Origin: Gammaproteobacteria bacterium
GTDB taxonomy: Bacteria > Pseudomonadota > Gammaproteobacteria > SG8-11
Direction of reading: 5' to 3'
Assembly: GCA_031363085.1 (NCBI GenBank)
Contig: JANLTU010000004.1
Location: 3,055 to 67,054, forward strand
DNA length: 64,000 nt
In this document: positions 23,823 to 34,272 of the stretch, one piece after another
Numbering within the stretch: position 1 is the stretch's first letter
Layout of the letters: each line of letters begins with the position of its first letter
Notes under the pieces: model-generated
Databases searched by the model: none
Told to the model about the DNA's origin: nothing
What the model saw: only the letters and a program-made list of their open reading frames with translations
Translations under genes and position numbers: made by a program

Positions 23823-23834
23823 TTTTCCTTTGTC

Positions 23835-26060
23835 TTAGCCTGCGGCTTGCCGCAATTGCCCGGCGCCGGTCAGCTTCTGCGGCGTGACCACCGGCAAGCG
23901 AATGTAAATACCCGCCCCACCCTCGCCGCGATTCGCTGCCCACACCGTGCCGCCGTGCTCGTCGACGATTTTTTTGACGATCGCCAGGCCCAGGCCGGTG
24001 CCTTTGGGTTTGGTGGTCACATACGGCTCGAACAAATTGGCCATGAGTTCTTGCGGAATGCCCGGGCCGGTGTCTTCCACACGCAATTCCACGCCCGGGG
24101 TCGGCGCGTCGTCCATCCAACGGGTGCTGATCATGATACGCGCTTGCGTAAGATTCCTGGTGGCATCCATCGCGTTGCGCAATAAATTGTTCAACACTTG
24201 GCGTAAGCGTAGCGCGTCCGCTTCGACATTCGCCACGCGCGGATCCAAGTCCACCAGGAAGCGAGTTTCATAATCACCGACGCGATACAGGTCGAGCACT
24301 TCATTCACCAGCACATTCAAGTTCAGCGGCGCAGGCTCCATGCGCGGCATGCGCGCGTACTCGGAAAACGCCTTGACCATTTGTTTGAGCGCATCGACTT
24401 GCGCAATGATGGTATGCGTGGAGCGATCCAGCACTTCGGCGCCGGCGGCGTCTAGCGCACCCATCAATTTGTGGCGCATGCGTTCGGCGGAGAGCTGGAT
24501 CGGCGTCAGCGGATTTTTGATTTCGTGCGCGATACGACGCGCCACTTCGCGCCAAGCGGCGTCGCGCTCCGCTTGCAACAGCGCCGTGATGTCGTCAAAC
24601 ACCACCACGAATCCGCCCGGGGCCTGTAAATCAGTGTTCGGCAGACGGCGACCGCGCGAGAGCAACACGCGCCGGCCGCCCGGACCAAAAATGGTAGCCT
24701 CTTCATGCCACTCCTCGGCGCTGCCGCACAGGTGCGCATTCAGCGCGTAGCTGAACGATTCCAGATGCGCGATCTTGGCTTTAAAATCGTCCAGACTATG
24801 CGCGACGAGCACGCGCAAATCTGCGGAAAGAATTTCGGCCGCCGCTGCGTTAAAGGTGCGTAATGTCCGATGCCGGTCAAATGTCAAAACCCCCGACGAC
24901 AAACTGCCCAGCACCGCTTTGAGATAAGCGCGCTCGCCTTCGGCTTCATTCTGGCTACGCTGTGCCTCGTCGCGCGCCAAGGCGATTTTTTCGGTCATGT
25001 CGTTGAACGATTCCACCAGCACGCCCAACTCGTCGTGGGTTTGCGGCGTCAGGCGCTTGTCGTAGTTGCCCTCGGCGACCGCGCGCGTGCCCAGGGTCAA
25101 CACCCGAATCGGTTCCACCAGGCGCTGTGCCGACACAAAGGCCGCCCACACCGCCGCCAACACGCTCAGCAGCAGCACCAGCGACAACGTCAGCGTGAAG
25201 CTGAATTTGAGCGGGCCGCGCAGGTAGGCCAGCTCTTGGTAGCGGGTGTAGGCATTTTGCACCGCGTCGGCAAGCTGACTCATGCGCTCCGAAATCGGGA
25301 ACAGGGCCTGCAAAATGCGCGCTTCATGCACACTACCTGAGCGCGGCATATCCAGCACCACGCGCACATGCAGGCCGCTGCCGGCAACCGGATCCAGGCC
25401 CACATACAAGCGCCCGGTGCGCACCTGCATCAGCACCGATTCTTCGGGCCGTTCCGGCAGGAATTTTCCGGCTTCGCTGTTTGCGGTGGCCAACACCCGG
25501 CCGGCGCGGGTGAAGACGCTCAGTTCGGTGGCGCCACTTTCAGAACGTAATTCGCCTAAACGTACCGTCAATGCGTTACCCGACATATAGGCCAAACTGC
25601 GGGCGAGTTTTTCGGCGTATTTGGTCAACTCACGCATGCGCACGTCCAACGCGCTGCGACTCAGTTCGAGGGAAGAGCTGAGCGCCTGCTCAACGCGCAC
25701 GTCAAACCAGCTATCGATGCCGTGATTGATAAAACGATACGAAACGTAATACACCATCGATACCGGCAAGATGGACAAGGCGACGAACATCGCGACCAGC
25801 CGCACGGTCAAGCGCGAGCCGGTGATGCCGCGTCGATATTGGCGCAACACGCGCTGCATGTTGACGCCGATCAGCGCTAACAGCGCCACCACAATTACCA
25901 GATTAATGACGAACAAGGTCGAATACAGCCGCGTGAAATGCTCGGCGTCTTCGATGGAATCGGACAACAGCAGCAACGCACCGACTACCAGCACCAACAA
26001 CAAGGCCACCGGCAGAATTCCGAAGCGCAGTTGTTTGAACGCGGCGACGCGACGTTTCAT
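23835..26060 (-). CDS. ntrY: Sensor histidine kinase NtrY (TM, HAMP, PAS, HisKA, HATPase_c)
   Basis: 741 aa with multiple N-terminal TM segments, an H-box (IAHEIKNPLTPIQLSAE) and G-boxes (GTGLGLAIVKKIV). Confidence 0.88.
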   Translation of the reverse strand: MKRRVAAFKQLRFGILPVALLLVLVVGALLLLSDSIEDAEHFTRLYSTLFVINLVIVVALLALIGVNMQRVLRQYRRGITGSRLTVRLVAMFVALSILPVSMVYYVSYRFINHGIDSWFDVRVEQALSSSLELSRSALDVRMRELTKYAEKLARSLAYMSGNALTVRLGELRSESGATELSVFTRAGRVLATANSEAGKFLPERPEESVLMQVRTGRLYVGLDPVAGSGLHVRVVLDMPRSGSVHEARILQALFPISERMSQLADAVQNAYTRYQELAYLRGPLKFSFTLTLSLVLLLSVLAAVWAAFVSAQRLVEPIRVLTLGTRAVAEGNYDKRLTPQTHDELGVLVESFNDMTEKIALARDEAQRSQNEAEGERAYLKAVLGSLSSGVLTFDRHRTLRTFNAAAAEILSADLRVLVAHSLDDFKAKIAHLESFSYALNAHLCGSAEEWHEEATIFGPGGRRVLLSRGRRLPNTDLQAPGGFVVVFDDITALLQAERDAAWREVARRIAHEIKNPLTPIQLSAERMRHKLMGALDAAGAEVLDRSTHTIIAQVDALKQMVKAFSEYARMPRMEPAPLNLNVLVNEVLDLYRVGDYETRFLVDLDPRVANVEADALRLRQVLNNLLRNAMDATRNLTQARIMISTRWMDDAPTPGVELRVEDTGPGIPQELMANLFEPYVTTKPKGTGLGLAIVKKIVDEHGGTVWAANRGEGGAGIYIRLPVVTPQKLTGAGQLRQAAG

Positions 26061-26069
26061 TGCGGATTC

Positions 26070-26654
26070 CTACAGGGGAAAGTTGTACCACTCGCTTTGC
26101 AGACGCCACTGCGGCAACACATAGGCGTAGTAACGCAACGGCACCGGCAAACTGTCGAAGTTGATGCCGAATCGCACCCGCGCGGTGTATTGCGTGCTGC
26201 TCTCAAGCAGGCTCTTGTCGAGAATCGGCAAATCCGTAATAGCACCAAGGCTTGCCATAACATCGTCCAGGCCGGAAAAATATTCCTGCGCGGTGCTGTT
26301 GAGGTTGGTGACCAGATAGCGCTGTGACAGCGCGTGGTACTGCACGCGATATTGTTGATGCAAGGTGGCGATGGTTTCCGACCACAGGTAAAAAGCGTCG
26401 GGGCGCAACACTTCGATGTCCAGTTGCAAGGCCACCGCGATGCCGTTTTTCAGCGCATTTTCGACTTCCGGCGATAAGTGGGATTGTATGTTTGCGGTCA
26501 ACCGATAGACATTGTCTTGCAATTCACTTTTGGCGCTGAGCACGAAGAACCCGGCGGCCTGCACTGCACCGCACAGCAGCAACGCGCACAGCGACACGCA
26601 CAGCGAGAGGGTACGCGAGCGGCGGTCAGCGCTGCTGTTTACGCAGAGTGGCAT
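26070..26654 (-). CDS. DUF4390-domain periplasmic protein, conserved between rsmB and ntrY
   Basis: Signal peptide (MPLCVNSSADRRSRTLSLCVSLCALLLCGAVQA) and a position conserved in the rsmB-DUF4390-ntrYX synteny. The start is uncertain: the ORF track extends to 26834, overlapping rsmB. Confidence 0.65.
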   Translation of the reverse strand: MPLCVNSSADRRSRTLSLCVSLCALLLCGAVQAAGFFVLSAKSELQDNVYRLTANIQSHLSPEVENALKNGIAVALQLDIEVLRPDAFYLWSETIATLHQQYRVQYHALSQRYLVTNLNSTAQEYFSGLDDVMASLGAITDLPILDKSLLESSTQYTARVRFGINFDSLPVPLRYYAYVLPQWRLQSEWYNFPL

Positions 26655-27927
26655 AATAAAAACCGTCCATATCGGCCTCACCCGGCAGGTTTTGGCGTCC
26701 AAAAGTACATCCATGACCCCAAGCGGCGGCAATGGGAATTTCCTGTCCGTTGGCATGCGCCGCCAGAAATTCCCGCACCCGCACTTCATTTTCGACGCGC
26801 AGCACCGAGCAGGTGGCGTACACCAGCATGCCACCGTCGCGCAGCAGCGGCCACAGCGCGTTGAGCAGGCGCGTCTGCTGTTCGATCAGGCCGGCCACAT
26901 CGCTGGCACGGCGCAATACTTTGATGTCGGGATGGCGGCGAATCACGCCGGTCGCCGTACACGGCGCATCCAATAAAATACGGTCAAAAGTGCGGCCGTC
27001 CCACCAGTCCGCCACGGCCGCCGCATCCGCCACCACACAGGTGGCCTGCATGCCCAGCCGCTGTAAATTCTCGCGCACCCGCCGCATGCGCTGCGCATCA
27101 CGATCAAGCGCGACCAACTCACCCAGGGCCGGCTGCTGCTCCAAAATATGCGCGGATTTTCCTCCGGGCGCGGCACACGCATCCAACACGCGTTCGCCTG
27201 GCTGCGCATCCAGCAACCCCGCCGCAAGCTGTGCCGCAGCATCTTGCACCGACACCCAGCCGCGCGCAAATTCCGGCAAATTGACCACATCAACCGGCGT
27301 GTCCAACGTCAACGCCTGCGGCGCAAACTCGCTGCCGCGCGCCGGCAGGGATTGCTGTGCCAGTCGCGCGGCGTAATCGTCACGCGTGACCTGGCGCGGG
27401 TTCACGCGCAAGGTCAGCGGCGGACGCGCATTGTTGGCCTGCGCGAGTGCCTGCCAGTGTTCGGGCCAATCGCGCCTGAACAGCGCCAGCAACCAATCGG
27501 GATGCGCAAGCGCCGCGCTGGACTTACCACAGGCACGCGCCAACAACGCCGGGTCGCGTTGATAACCGCGCAGCACCGCGTTGACCAGCCCTTTGGCCCA
27601 CGACTTGCCCAGCTCGTCGACCGCCGACACGCTCAGCGACACCGCCGCGTGCGGCGCCACGCGCAAGTGCATCAGTTGATACAGGCCCACCAGCAGCAGC
27701 GCAAACACATCGCCGTCTTTACGTTTGAAGGGCTTGCGCAACAGCAACTGCGCCACGCCGTCGATTTGCGGATACCAGCGCAAGGTGCCGTAGCTCAACT
27801 CTTGCAACAGCGCGCGCTCGGACGCGTCCGTCAGACGTTCGATGGCGTCGGGCAAGCTCTCCGCAAGCGAACGCCCTTCGCTCAGAGCTTGAAAAACAAC
27901 AGTCGCGGCAAGCGCTCGGGTATGCAT
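26626..27927 (-). CDS. rsmB: 16S rRNA (cytosine967-C5)-methyltransferase RsmB/Sun
   Basis: 433 aa with an N-terminal NusB-like domain, a SAM-MTase core (DACAAPGGKS) and catalytic cysteine motifs (DAPCTATG, ATCS). Confidence 0.93.
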   Translation of the reverse strand: MHTRALAATVVFQALSEGRSLAESLPDAIERLTDASERALLQELSYGTLRWYPQIDGVAQLLLRKPFKRKDGDVFALLLVGLYQLMHLRVAPHAAVSLSVSAVDELGKSWAKGLVNAVLRGYQRDPALLARACGKSSAALAHPDWLLALFRRDWPEHWQALAQANNARPPLTLRVNPRQVTRDDYAARLAQQSLPARGSEFAPQALTLDTPVDVVNLPEFARGWVSVQDAAAQLAAGLLDAQPGERVLDACAAPGGKSAHILEQQPALGELVALDRDAQRMRRVRENLQRLGMQATCVVADAAAVADWWDGRTFDRILLDAPCTATGVIRRHPDIKVLRRASDVAGLIEQQTRLLNALWPLLRDGGMLVYATCSVLRVENEVRVREFLAAHANGQEIPIAAAWGHGCTFGRQNLPGEADMDGFYYATLRKQQR

Positions 27928-27951
27928 GGTTCTATGCGGCTGAGGTGATTT

Positions 27952-28953
27952 TTAACTGAAACGAAAACCGGCGACAACGAGGTTATGAGCATGCAGAAAG
28001 TCCGCTGTACTGACCGGTTTCGCGCCCGGCAACTGGACTTGCAGCAAACGCAAACAGCCCGCGCCGGTGGCCACGTCGATGCCCGCTTTGCCGGCCTCCA
28101 CCACCACGCCGGGTGCCGCGCCGGCGTCACCGAGCAGCGCGTGCGCCTGCCATATCCGCAGCGGATCCGCGCCCAGTTCGGCGAACGCCACCGGCCAGGG
28201 ATTAAAAGCCCGCACCTGCCGAGCAAGCTGCTCCGCAGGGCGTGTCCAGTCGATGCGTGCTTCTTGCTTGGTGATTTTTGCGGCGTAACTGGCCTGTGTG
28301 GCATCTTGCACTTGTCCGCTGACAGGCCCGGCGGCAAGCTGCTCCAGCGTAGCAAGCACGGCACCCGCGCCCAGCGCCGCCAGCCGGTCATGCAAGGCTT
28401 GCGCGCTGTCGTCCATAGCCACCGGGCAGCGCACCACGTGGAGCATCGCACCGGTGTCAAGACCTGCATCCATTTGCATGATGGTGATGCCGGTTTCGCT
28501 GTCGCCGGCGAGAATGGCGCGTTGAATCGGCGCGGCGCCGCGCCAACGCGGCAGCAGCGAGGCATGAATGTTCAGCCCGCCCAAGCGCGGAATCGCCAGC
28601 ACCGCCGGCGGCAGAATCAGCCCGTAAGCCACCACCACCAGCACGTCGGGTTGCAGCGCTGCGAGCACGCGCTGCGCCTCGGGGTCTTTAAGTGTTGCGG
28701 GTTGCTGCACCGGAACGCCGTGCTCGATGGCTAATGCCTTCACCGCGCTTGCGCTCAGTTTGCGTCCACGCCCGGCCGGCCGGTCTGGCTGCGTGTACAC
28801 CGCCAGCACCCGGTGCACTGAAGCGAGCAGGCCACCTAACGCGACAGCGGCGAATTCGGGTGTACCGGCAAAGACGATATTCAGACGCTTACCCGCAAGT
28901 CGATCACAATGTTTTACGCCGCAATTTTTCCATCTTTTTGCGGATGCGCCCAC
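27952..28953 (-). CDS. fmt: Methionyl-tRNA formyltransferase
   Basis: Conserved [16 protein letters not shown]-terminus, the SLLPRWRG motif and the HIS-loop region. The start is unresolved: there is no ATG/GTG/TTG between the def stop and IVFAG. Candidates are GTG at 28953 or ATG at 29010, both overlapping the def 3' end. Confidence 0.8.
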   Translation of the reverse strand: MGASAKRWKNCGVKHCDRLAGKRLNIVFAGTPEFAAVALGGLLASVHRVLAVYTQPDRPAGRGRKLSASAVKALAIEHGVPVQQPATLKDPEAQRVLAALQPDVLVVVAYGLILPPAVLAIPRLGGLNIHASLLPRWRGAAPIQRAILAGDSETGITIMQMDAGLDTGAMLHVVRCPVAMDDSAQALHDRLAALGAGAVLATLEQLAAGPVSGQVQDATQASYAAKITKQEARIDWTRPAEQLARQVRAFNPWPVAFAELGADPLRIWQAHALLGDAGAAPGVVVEAGKAGIDVATGAGCLRLLQVQLPGAKPVSTADFLHAHNLVVAGFRFS

Positions 28954-29407
28954 GCTTGACCTCAGACAGGTAGTCGACAAACAACTTACCGTCGAGGTGA
29001 TCAATCTCATGCTGGATGCACACCGCCAGCAAGTCGTCGATCTTCAGCGTGAACGGCGTGCCGTCGCGATCCAGCGCTTCAACGTGCACCCAGCGCGAAC
29101 GCTGCACCGTGTCGTAAATACCCGGCACCGACAAACAGCCTTCTTCGGTTTCTTCTTCGCCTTCACGGGCGACAATTTTTGGATTGATGAAACAATGCGG
29201 TTCGCTTCGGTCGTTGCTCAGGTCGATCACGACGACGCGTTTGAGCACGTTCACCTGGGTGGCGGCCAAGCCGATGCCGGGCGCCTCGTACATGGTTTCA
29301 AACATGTCGTCGACCAAGCGGCGCAGCGCGTCGTCCACCTGCACCACCGGCTGCGCGCTGTTGCGTAAGCGAGGATCGGGATAGTGCAAAACCTGAAGAA
29401 TAGCCAT
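28904..29407 (-). CDS. def: Peptide deformylase
   Basis: 168 aa. [14 protein letters not shown] and HEIDHL are the three Def motifs. Start ATG at 29407 ([14 protein letters not shown]). Confidence 0.95.
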   Translation of the reverse strand: MAILQVLHYPDPRLRNSAQPVVQVDDALRRLVDDMFETMYEAPGIGLAATQVNVLKRVVVIDLSNDRSEPHCFINPKIVAREGEEETEEGCLSVPGIYDTVQRSRWVHVEALDRDGTPFTLKIDDLLAVCIQHEIDHLDGKLFVDYLSEVKRGRIRKKMEKLRRKTL

Positions 29408-29600
29408 GGCGCGTCGCAATTTTACAAGTAGGGGTGAGTGAACTAGTGTTGTGATTATAGGGGATGAACGCACGGGCGTCAGCGTTCACCCGCTCATGCG
29501 TACCGGCAAACTGTCGATATACCGTGCGTGGCCATCGCACTTGCCCAAAGCCACCAAACCGAATCATGTCATTCGTACACATTTGCTTGAGGGGTACGCA

Positions 29601-30686
29601 ATGTTATTCAAGAAATTGCTCACGTCAATGCTGTTGGTGCTGGTGGCCGGTGTGGCGCTGGCGGCTGAGAATCCCGCGCGCGCCGGTGCGGCACGCAGCG
29701 GCGATGAAATCGTGCTGCATCCCAACTATCCGGCCCGTTACGTAGTGCGCAGCGGCGACACTCTATGGGAAATCGCCTCGCGTTTTTTACGCGATCCGTG
29801 GCGCTGGCCCGATGTGTGGGACTTCGAAAATAAAATTGAAAACCCGCAGTTTATTTATCCAGGCGACGTGGTCGTGCTGGTCAAAACCAACGGCAAGCCG
29901 ATGCTGAAAGTACAGCGCAGCCCAGCCAAAGCCGCCACCACGCGCCTCACGCCGAGGATCCGCGCAACCAAACTGGATCGCGCCATTCCCACGCTGCCGG
30001 TCGACGCCATTAAACAATTTGTGTCGCAACCGCGCGTGCTGGCCGAACGTGAATTAGAAAGCTCGGGCTATGTGGTGGCAAGTAGCGGCGACCATTTGGT
30101 CGGCGGCATCGGCGACCAAATTTACGCACGCGGCTTGCCCGCCGGCAAGAACACTAGCTTTGCTATTTATCGCACCGGCAAGGCTTACCAAAACACCGAT
30201 GGCAAGTCCGACGAACTGCTGGGTTACGAAGCCATTTATGTGGGCACGGCCATGGTTAAAACCTTCGGCGATCCGGCCACCTTGCAGATTACCGACGCCA
30301 ACCGCGAGACCCTGATCGGCGACCGCTTGTTGCCCATGACGCGCCCGGAAAGCGAGCCGCAATGGGTACCGCGCGCACCCGATGCGCCGGTCGAGGGCCG
30401 CATCATCAACGTGGTCGACGCGGTGGCTCGCGTTGGACAATTTCAAACCGTGGTGCTGAATCTGGGCGAATTCGACGGCTTGCAACGCGGCCACGTGCTC
30501 GCCGTCTATCGCGCCGGCACCGATGCGCGCGACGTCGTCAGCAGCGACTCGCGCGATTCCATACAACTCCCCGACACCCGCGCCGGCCTCGCCATGGTGT
30601 TTCGCACCTTCGACCGCGTCAGCTACGCACTGATCATGAAAGCCGAGCAAGACATTCGCCTGCACGATGCCGTGCGCAAACCGTAA
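29601..30686 (+). CDS. LysM-domain peptidoglycan-binding protein, divergent from def
   Basis: Start at ATG 29601 (MLFKKLLTSMLLVLVAGVALA, a signal peptide). LysM motif YVVRSGDTLWEIASRFLRDPWRWPDVW. This corresponds to the conserved LysM gene upstream of def in many proteobacteria. Confidence 0.85.
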   Translation: MLFKKLLTSMLLVLVAGVALAAENPARAGAARSGDEIVLHPNYPARYVVRSGDTLWEIASRFLRDPWRWPDVWDFENKIENPQFIYPGDVVVLVKTNGKPMLKVQRSPAKAATTRLTPRIRATKLDRAIPTLPVDAIKQFVSQPRVLAERELESSGYVVASSGDHLVGGIGDQIYARGLPAGKNTSFAIYRTGKAYQNTDGKSDELLGYEAIYVGTAMVKTFGDPATLQITDANRETLIGDRLLPMTRPESEPQWVPRAPDAPVEGRIINVVDAVARVGQFQTVVLNLGEFDGLQRGHVLAVYRAGTDARDVVSSDSRDSIQLPDTRAGLAMVFRTFDRVSYALIMKAEQDIRLHDAVRKP

Positions 30687-30694
30687 GCGCAGAA

Positions 30695-31465
30695 CTACCC
30701 ATTGAATTCGGCAATGACCGGGGCATGGTCCGAAGGGCGCTCTAATTTGCGCGGGGCTTTGTCGACGCGGCAGCCGGTGCAGCTTTTGTAGAGCGCCGGG
30801 CTTGCCAGAATATGATCGATGCGCAAGCCCAGATTGCGGCGAAATGCGGCCATGCGATAGTCCCACCAACTGAACTGGCCACCCTCTTGGGAATGCAGGC
30901 GAAAGGTATCGCAAAGCCCGATATCAATCAGCGCCTGGAACGCGGCGCGTACTGAAGCGTTGAACAGCACGCCGTCTTTCCAGACTTCCGGGTCGTGAAC
31001 GTCGCGCTCATCGGGTGCGATGTTGAAGTCGCCAACCACCACTAGGCGTTCATGGCTTGCAACTTCGTCTTTAAGCCAGGCGGTGAGCGCTGCCAGCCAG
31101 CGTAATTTGAAGTCGTATTTTTCCGAACCCACTTCGCTGCCGTTGGGCACGTACAGATTAATCATGCGCACTTGGCCGAAGGTGGCCGCCAGCACGCGGC
31201 GCTCGTTGGTGGTAAAACCGGGAATGTCGACCAGGACGTCAGCCGCCGCGTGCCGGCTTAAAATCGCCACGCCGTTATAGCTTTTTTGTCCGGCAAAAGT
31301 GACGCTGTAGCCGAGGCTCTCGACGTCCGCGCGCGGAAAGTCAACATCCGTCACCTTGGTTTCTTGCAAGCCTAATAAATCCGGCTGTTCCGTTGCCAGC
31401 CAGTCGCTCAGTTGCGGCAGGCGTACCCGCAGGGAGTTTACATTCCAGGTGGCGACCTTAAACAT
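30695..31465 (-). CDS. xthA: Exodeoxyribonuclease III
   Basis: 256 aa. MFKVATWNVNSLRVRL, GLQETK and SDHAPV are EEP/ExoIII motifs. Confidence 0.93.
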   Translation of the reverse strand: MFKVATWNVNSLRVRLPQLSDWLATEQPDLLGLQETKVTDVDFPRADVESLGYSVTFAGQKSYNGVAILSRHAAADVLVDIPGFTTNERRVLAATFGQVRMINLYVPNGSEVGSEKYDFKLRWLAALTAWLKDEVASHERLVVVGDFNIAPDERDVHDPEVWKDGVLFNASVRAAFQALIDIGLCDTFRLHSQEGGQFSWWDYRMAAFRRNLGLRIDHILASPALYKSCTGCRVDKAPRKLERPSDHAPVIAEFNG

Positions 31466-32204
31466 TGGGGAACTTGTTGCGCGAGATGGGGGGGGGTTTG
31501 CGCAGGCGCCGCTTCATGAGCGACCAGCCCAGCATGCTGCCAAGCACCAGCACCGCGCCGAGGCTGGCCAAAAACCAGGGCAGTCCAATTGAAAACTTTG
31601 GCGTTACGGGTTTGATGGGCGGCGCATCCTCCCCATCCGCAGTGGTGGGCACCACGTCGGGGATGTTGGCGAGCCGATCCTTGAGGCTGGTATTTTCTTC
31701 TTCCAGCGCGCGCGCGCGCCCGACCGCTTCGACCACCTGGGCGCTGTTGTTGCGAATATGTTTTTCGAGCTCGACGGCATGTTCGAGCGTGTTTTTAATT
31801 TCGGCACGCAACTCCGTCACGATTTTGCTCTCATCGCCCGGGGACGATGCCGGAGATGCCGCAGACGACGGGTCTTGCAACGACTTGATGACTTCTTGCG
31901 CCTTGGCAAAGCGGTCGGTGAGATCAAGATACTGCAAGTGGATCGGGGTGTCGGTCGTCACCAGTTCCTGCTCCACCCAACCTACGCTACCGTCTTCGGT
32001 GCGAATTTTCAGTAACGCCCCTTCGCGCGACAACACCTTTACCAATGCGCCGCCAAGCACCTGCTTTACAATCGGCGCGTCCGGCTCATTTGCGCCATGC
32101 AAAGGAACGCTGAGCCGATCACTGATGTAGGTCGGTGGGGGGGGCGGTGTGGCCGGCGGAGTACTAGCGACTAACGTCGCGAATATCAGCCATGGGTGGT
32201 ACAT
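31458..32204 (-). CDS. SH3b-domain tail-anchored membrane protein (YgiM/TIGR04211-like)
   Basis: 248 aa: signal-like N-terminus, proline-rich stretch, SH3b segment (DRLSVPLHGANEPDAPIVKQVLGGALVKVL...GSVGWV), coiled coil and C-terminal TM (LPWFLASLGAVLVLGSMLGW). Confidence 0.7.
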   Translation of the reverse strand: MYHPWLIFATLVASTPPATPPPPPTYISDRLSVPLHGANEPDAPIVKQVLGGALVKVLSREGALLKIRTEDGSVGWVEQELVTTDTPIHLQYLDLTDRFAKAQEVIKSLQDPSSAASPASSPGDESKIVTELRAEIKNTLEHAVELEKHIRNNSAQVVEAVGRARALEEENTSLKDRLANIPDVVPTTADGEDAPPIKPVTPKFSIGLPWFLASLGAVLVLGSMLGWSLMKRRLRKPPPISRNKFPNV

Positions 32205-34264
32205 GGTTGGCTGCCCCTTGTGATGCCATTGTGACGCAACAAGGCGTCGACCGAAGGTGGGCGGCCGCGAAAGTCGGTAAACAATTCCATCGGTTCGCGT
32301 GAACCGCCTTGTTCCAGAATCGCACTGAGAAATTTCTTGCCGGCCGCAGTATTGAATACACCTTGCTCTTCAAACAAAGAGAAGGCGTCCGCCGACAACA
32401 CCTCCGCCCATTTATAACTGTAATAACCCGCAGCATAGCCACCGGCAAAAATGTGCGTAAAGCTGTGCTGAAAACGATTGAACGCCGGCGGTACGAACAC
32501 CGACACGGCGCGCCGCACGTCATCCAGAGTTGCTTGCACGCGCGCGCCCTGCGCGGGGACATAATTTAAATGCATACGAAAATCGAACAGTGAAAACTCC
32601 AGTTGGCGCAGCATTATCATCGCGGACTGAAAGTTTTTAGCCGCTAGCATTTTGTCGAACAAGTCGTCCGGGAGCGCCGCGCCGGTTTGGTAGTGCGCGG
32701 CTATCACGCTCAGCGCCTCGCGTTCCCAACACCAGTTTTCCATGAATTGACTGGGTAACTCCACCGCGTCCCAAGCCACACCGTTGATGCCGGACACGCT
32801 AATATAGTCCACGCGGGTTAACATGTGATGAAGACCGTGGCCGAACTCATGGAACACGGTCTCGACTTCTTGGTGGGTGAGCAACACCGGCGTGTCACCG
32901 ACCGGCGGCGTGAAATTGCAGGTGAGATACGCCACTGGCGACTGCACCCCGGCTGCATGTTTACGGCGGCCAATGCAATCGTCCATCCACGCGCCGCCGC
33001 GTTTGCCCGGGCGCGCGTATAAGTCCAGATAAAACTGTCCGCGTAACTCACCCAGCACATCGCGAATTTCGAAAAAGCGCACGTCCGGGTGCCAGGTTTC
33101 GACCGGCCCGACTTCAGCGATGCGAATGTCGAACAGGCGGCGTACCACGTCGAACATGCCGTGCAACACACGATTCACCGGGAAATACGGTTTTAAATCT
33201 TCCTGCGCAAACGCAAAGCGCTGCTCGCGCAACTTCTCGCCGTAATACGGCAGGTCCCAGGCTTCGAGTTTGGCAATGCCATGTGCGTCACGCGCGTAGC
33301 TTTGCAATTCGGCCAACTCTTGCTGCGCCATGGGTTTGGAGCGCTGCGCCAAGTCGCCCAGAAATTGCAGCACTTGCTCCGGGTCGTGCGCCATCTTGGT
33401 GGCCAGCGAATACACCGCGTAATTGTCAAAACCCAGGAGCTGCGCCTGCTCGTGGCGCAAAGCAAGAATACGCTCCATCAGCGGGCTGTTGTCCCAGGTG
33501 CCGGCGTTCGGCCCCTGCTCGGACGCGCGCGTCACATACGCCTGATAAATTTCCGCGCGCAGCGCGCGGTTATCAGCATGCGTGATCACCGCGTAATAGG
33601 ACGGGAAGTCCAACGTAAATACCCAGCCGTCCTTGCTTTGTTGCTGTGCGGTTTGTTGCGCCAGCGCGCGCGCCGACGCGGGCAGACCGCTTAATAACGC
33701 CGCGTCAGTGACGTGCTTGTGCCACGCATGGGTAGCGTCGAGCACATTTTCTTCAAACTTGGTGGTGATCTGCGACAGCTCTTGCTTGATGTCTTTGTAG
33801 CGCGCCTTTTTCTCCGGCGGCAGATCCACCCCCACCAAGCGAAAGTCGCGCAACGCGTTGTCGATGACTTTTTTCTGCGCGCGATCCAGGCGCGCGTACT
33901 CGGGGCCGTTGGCAATGTGCTGGAAGGCGCGGAATAAAGTTTCATCCTGACCCAGCTCGGTGTAATACGCCGTAAGCTTGGGCAGGCCGGCGTTATACGC
34001 GGCACGCAATTCCTCCGAGTTCACCACCGAATTCATGTGACCGACCGGCGACCAGAGTCGCCCGAGCTTGTCATTTAACGCTTCGAGCGGTTCGACAAAA
34101 TTGTCCCACGTGTAGTCGTGCGTGCTTGCGACCAGCGCACGTAGCGCCGCGCGGTTGTGCGCAAGGCGTTGATCCAGCGCCGGCTCCACGTGCTCGGCGC
34201 GGATGTGTGCAAACGGCGGCAGGCCGTCGAAGTTGATTAATGGGTTGGTCTGAGTTGAATCCAT
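32186..34264 (-). CDS. prlC: Oligopeptidase A (M3 family metallopeptidase)
   Basis: 692 aa. HEFGHGLHHML zinc motif and full-length PrlC/Dcp similarity. Confidence 0.95.
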   Translation of the reverse strand: MDSTQTNPLINFDGLPPFAHIRAEHVEPALDQRLAHNRAALRALVASTHDYTWDNFVEPLEALNDKLGRLWSPVGHMNSVVNSEELRAAYNAGLPKLTAYYTELGQDETLFRAFQHIANGPEYARLDRAQKKVIDNALRDFRLVGVDLPPEKKARYKDIKQELSQITTKFEENVLDATHAWHKHVTDAALLSGLPASARALAQQTAQQQSKDGWVFTLDFPSYYAVITHADNRALRAEIYQAYVTRASEQGPNAGTWDNSPLMERILALRHEQAQLLGFDNYAVYSLATKMAHDPEQVLQFLGDLAQRSKPMAQQELAELQSYARDAHGIAKLEAWDLPYYGEKLREQRFAFAQEDLKPYFPVNRVLHGMFDVVRRLFDIRIAEVGPVETWHPDVRFFEIRDVLGELRGQFYLDLYARPGKRGGAWMDDCIGRRKHAAGVQSPVAYLTCNFTPPVGDTPVLLTHQEVETVFHEFGHGLHHMLTRVDYISVSGINGVAWDAVELPSQFMENWCWEREALSVIAAHYQTGAALPDDLFDKMLAAKNFQSAMIMLRQLEFSLFDFRMHLNYVPAQGARVQATLDDVRRAVSVFVPPAFNRFQHSFTHIFAGGYAAGYYSYKWAEVLSADAFSLFEEQGVFNTAAGKKFLSAILEQGGSREPMELFTDFRGRPPSVDALLRHNGITRGSQPCTTHG

Positions 34265-34272
34265 AGGCAGTA

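Noticed and set aside
30054-30914. 286-aa minus-strand ORF overlapping the LysM gene and xthA
   Set aside because: It overlaps two well-supported genes on the opposite or same strand and has no homology signature. It is a GC-rich shadow ORF.
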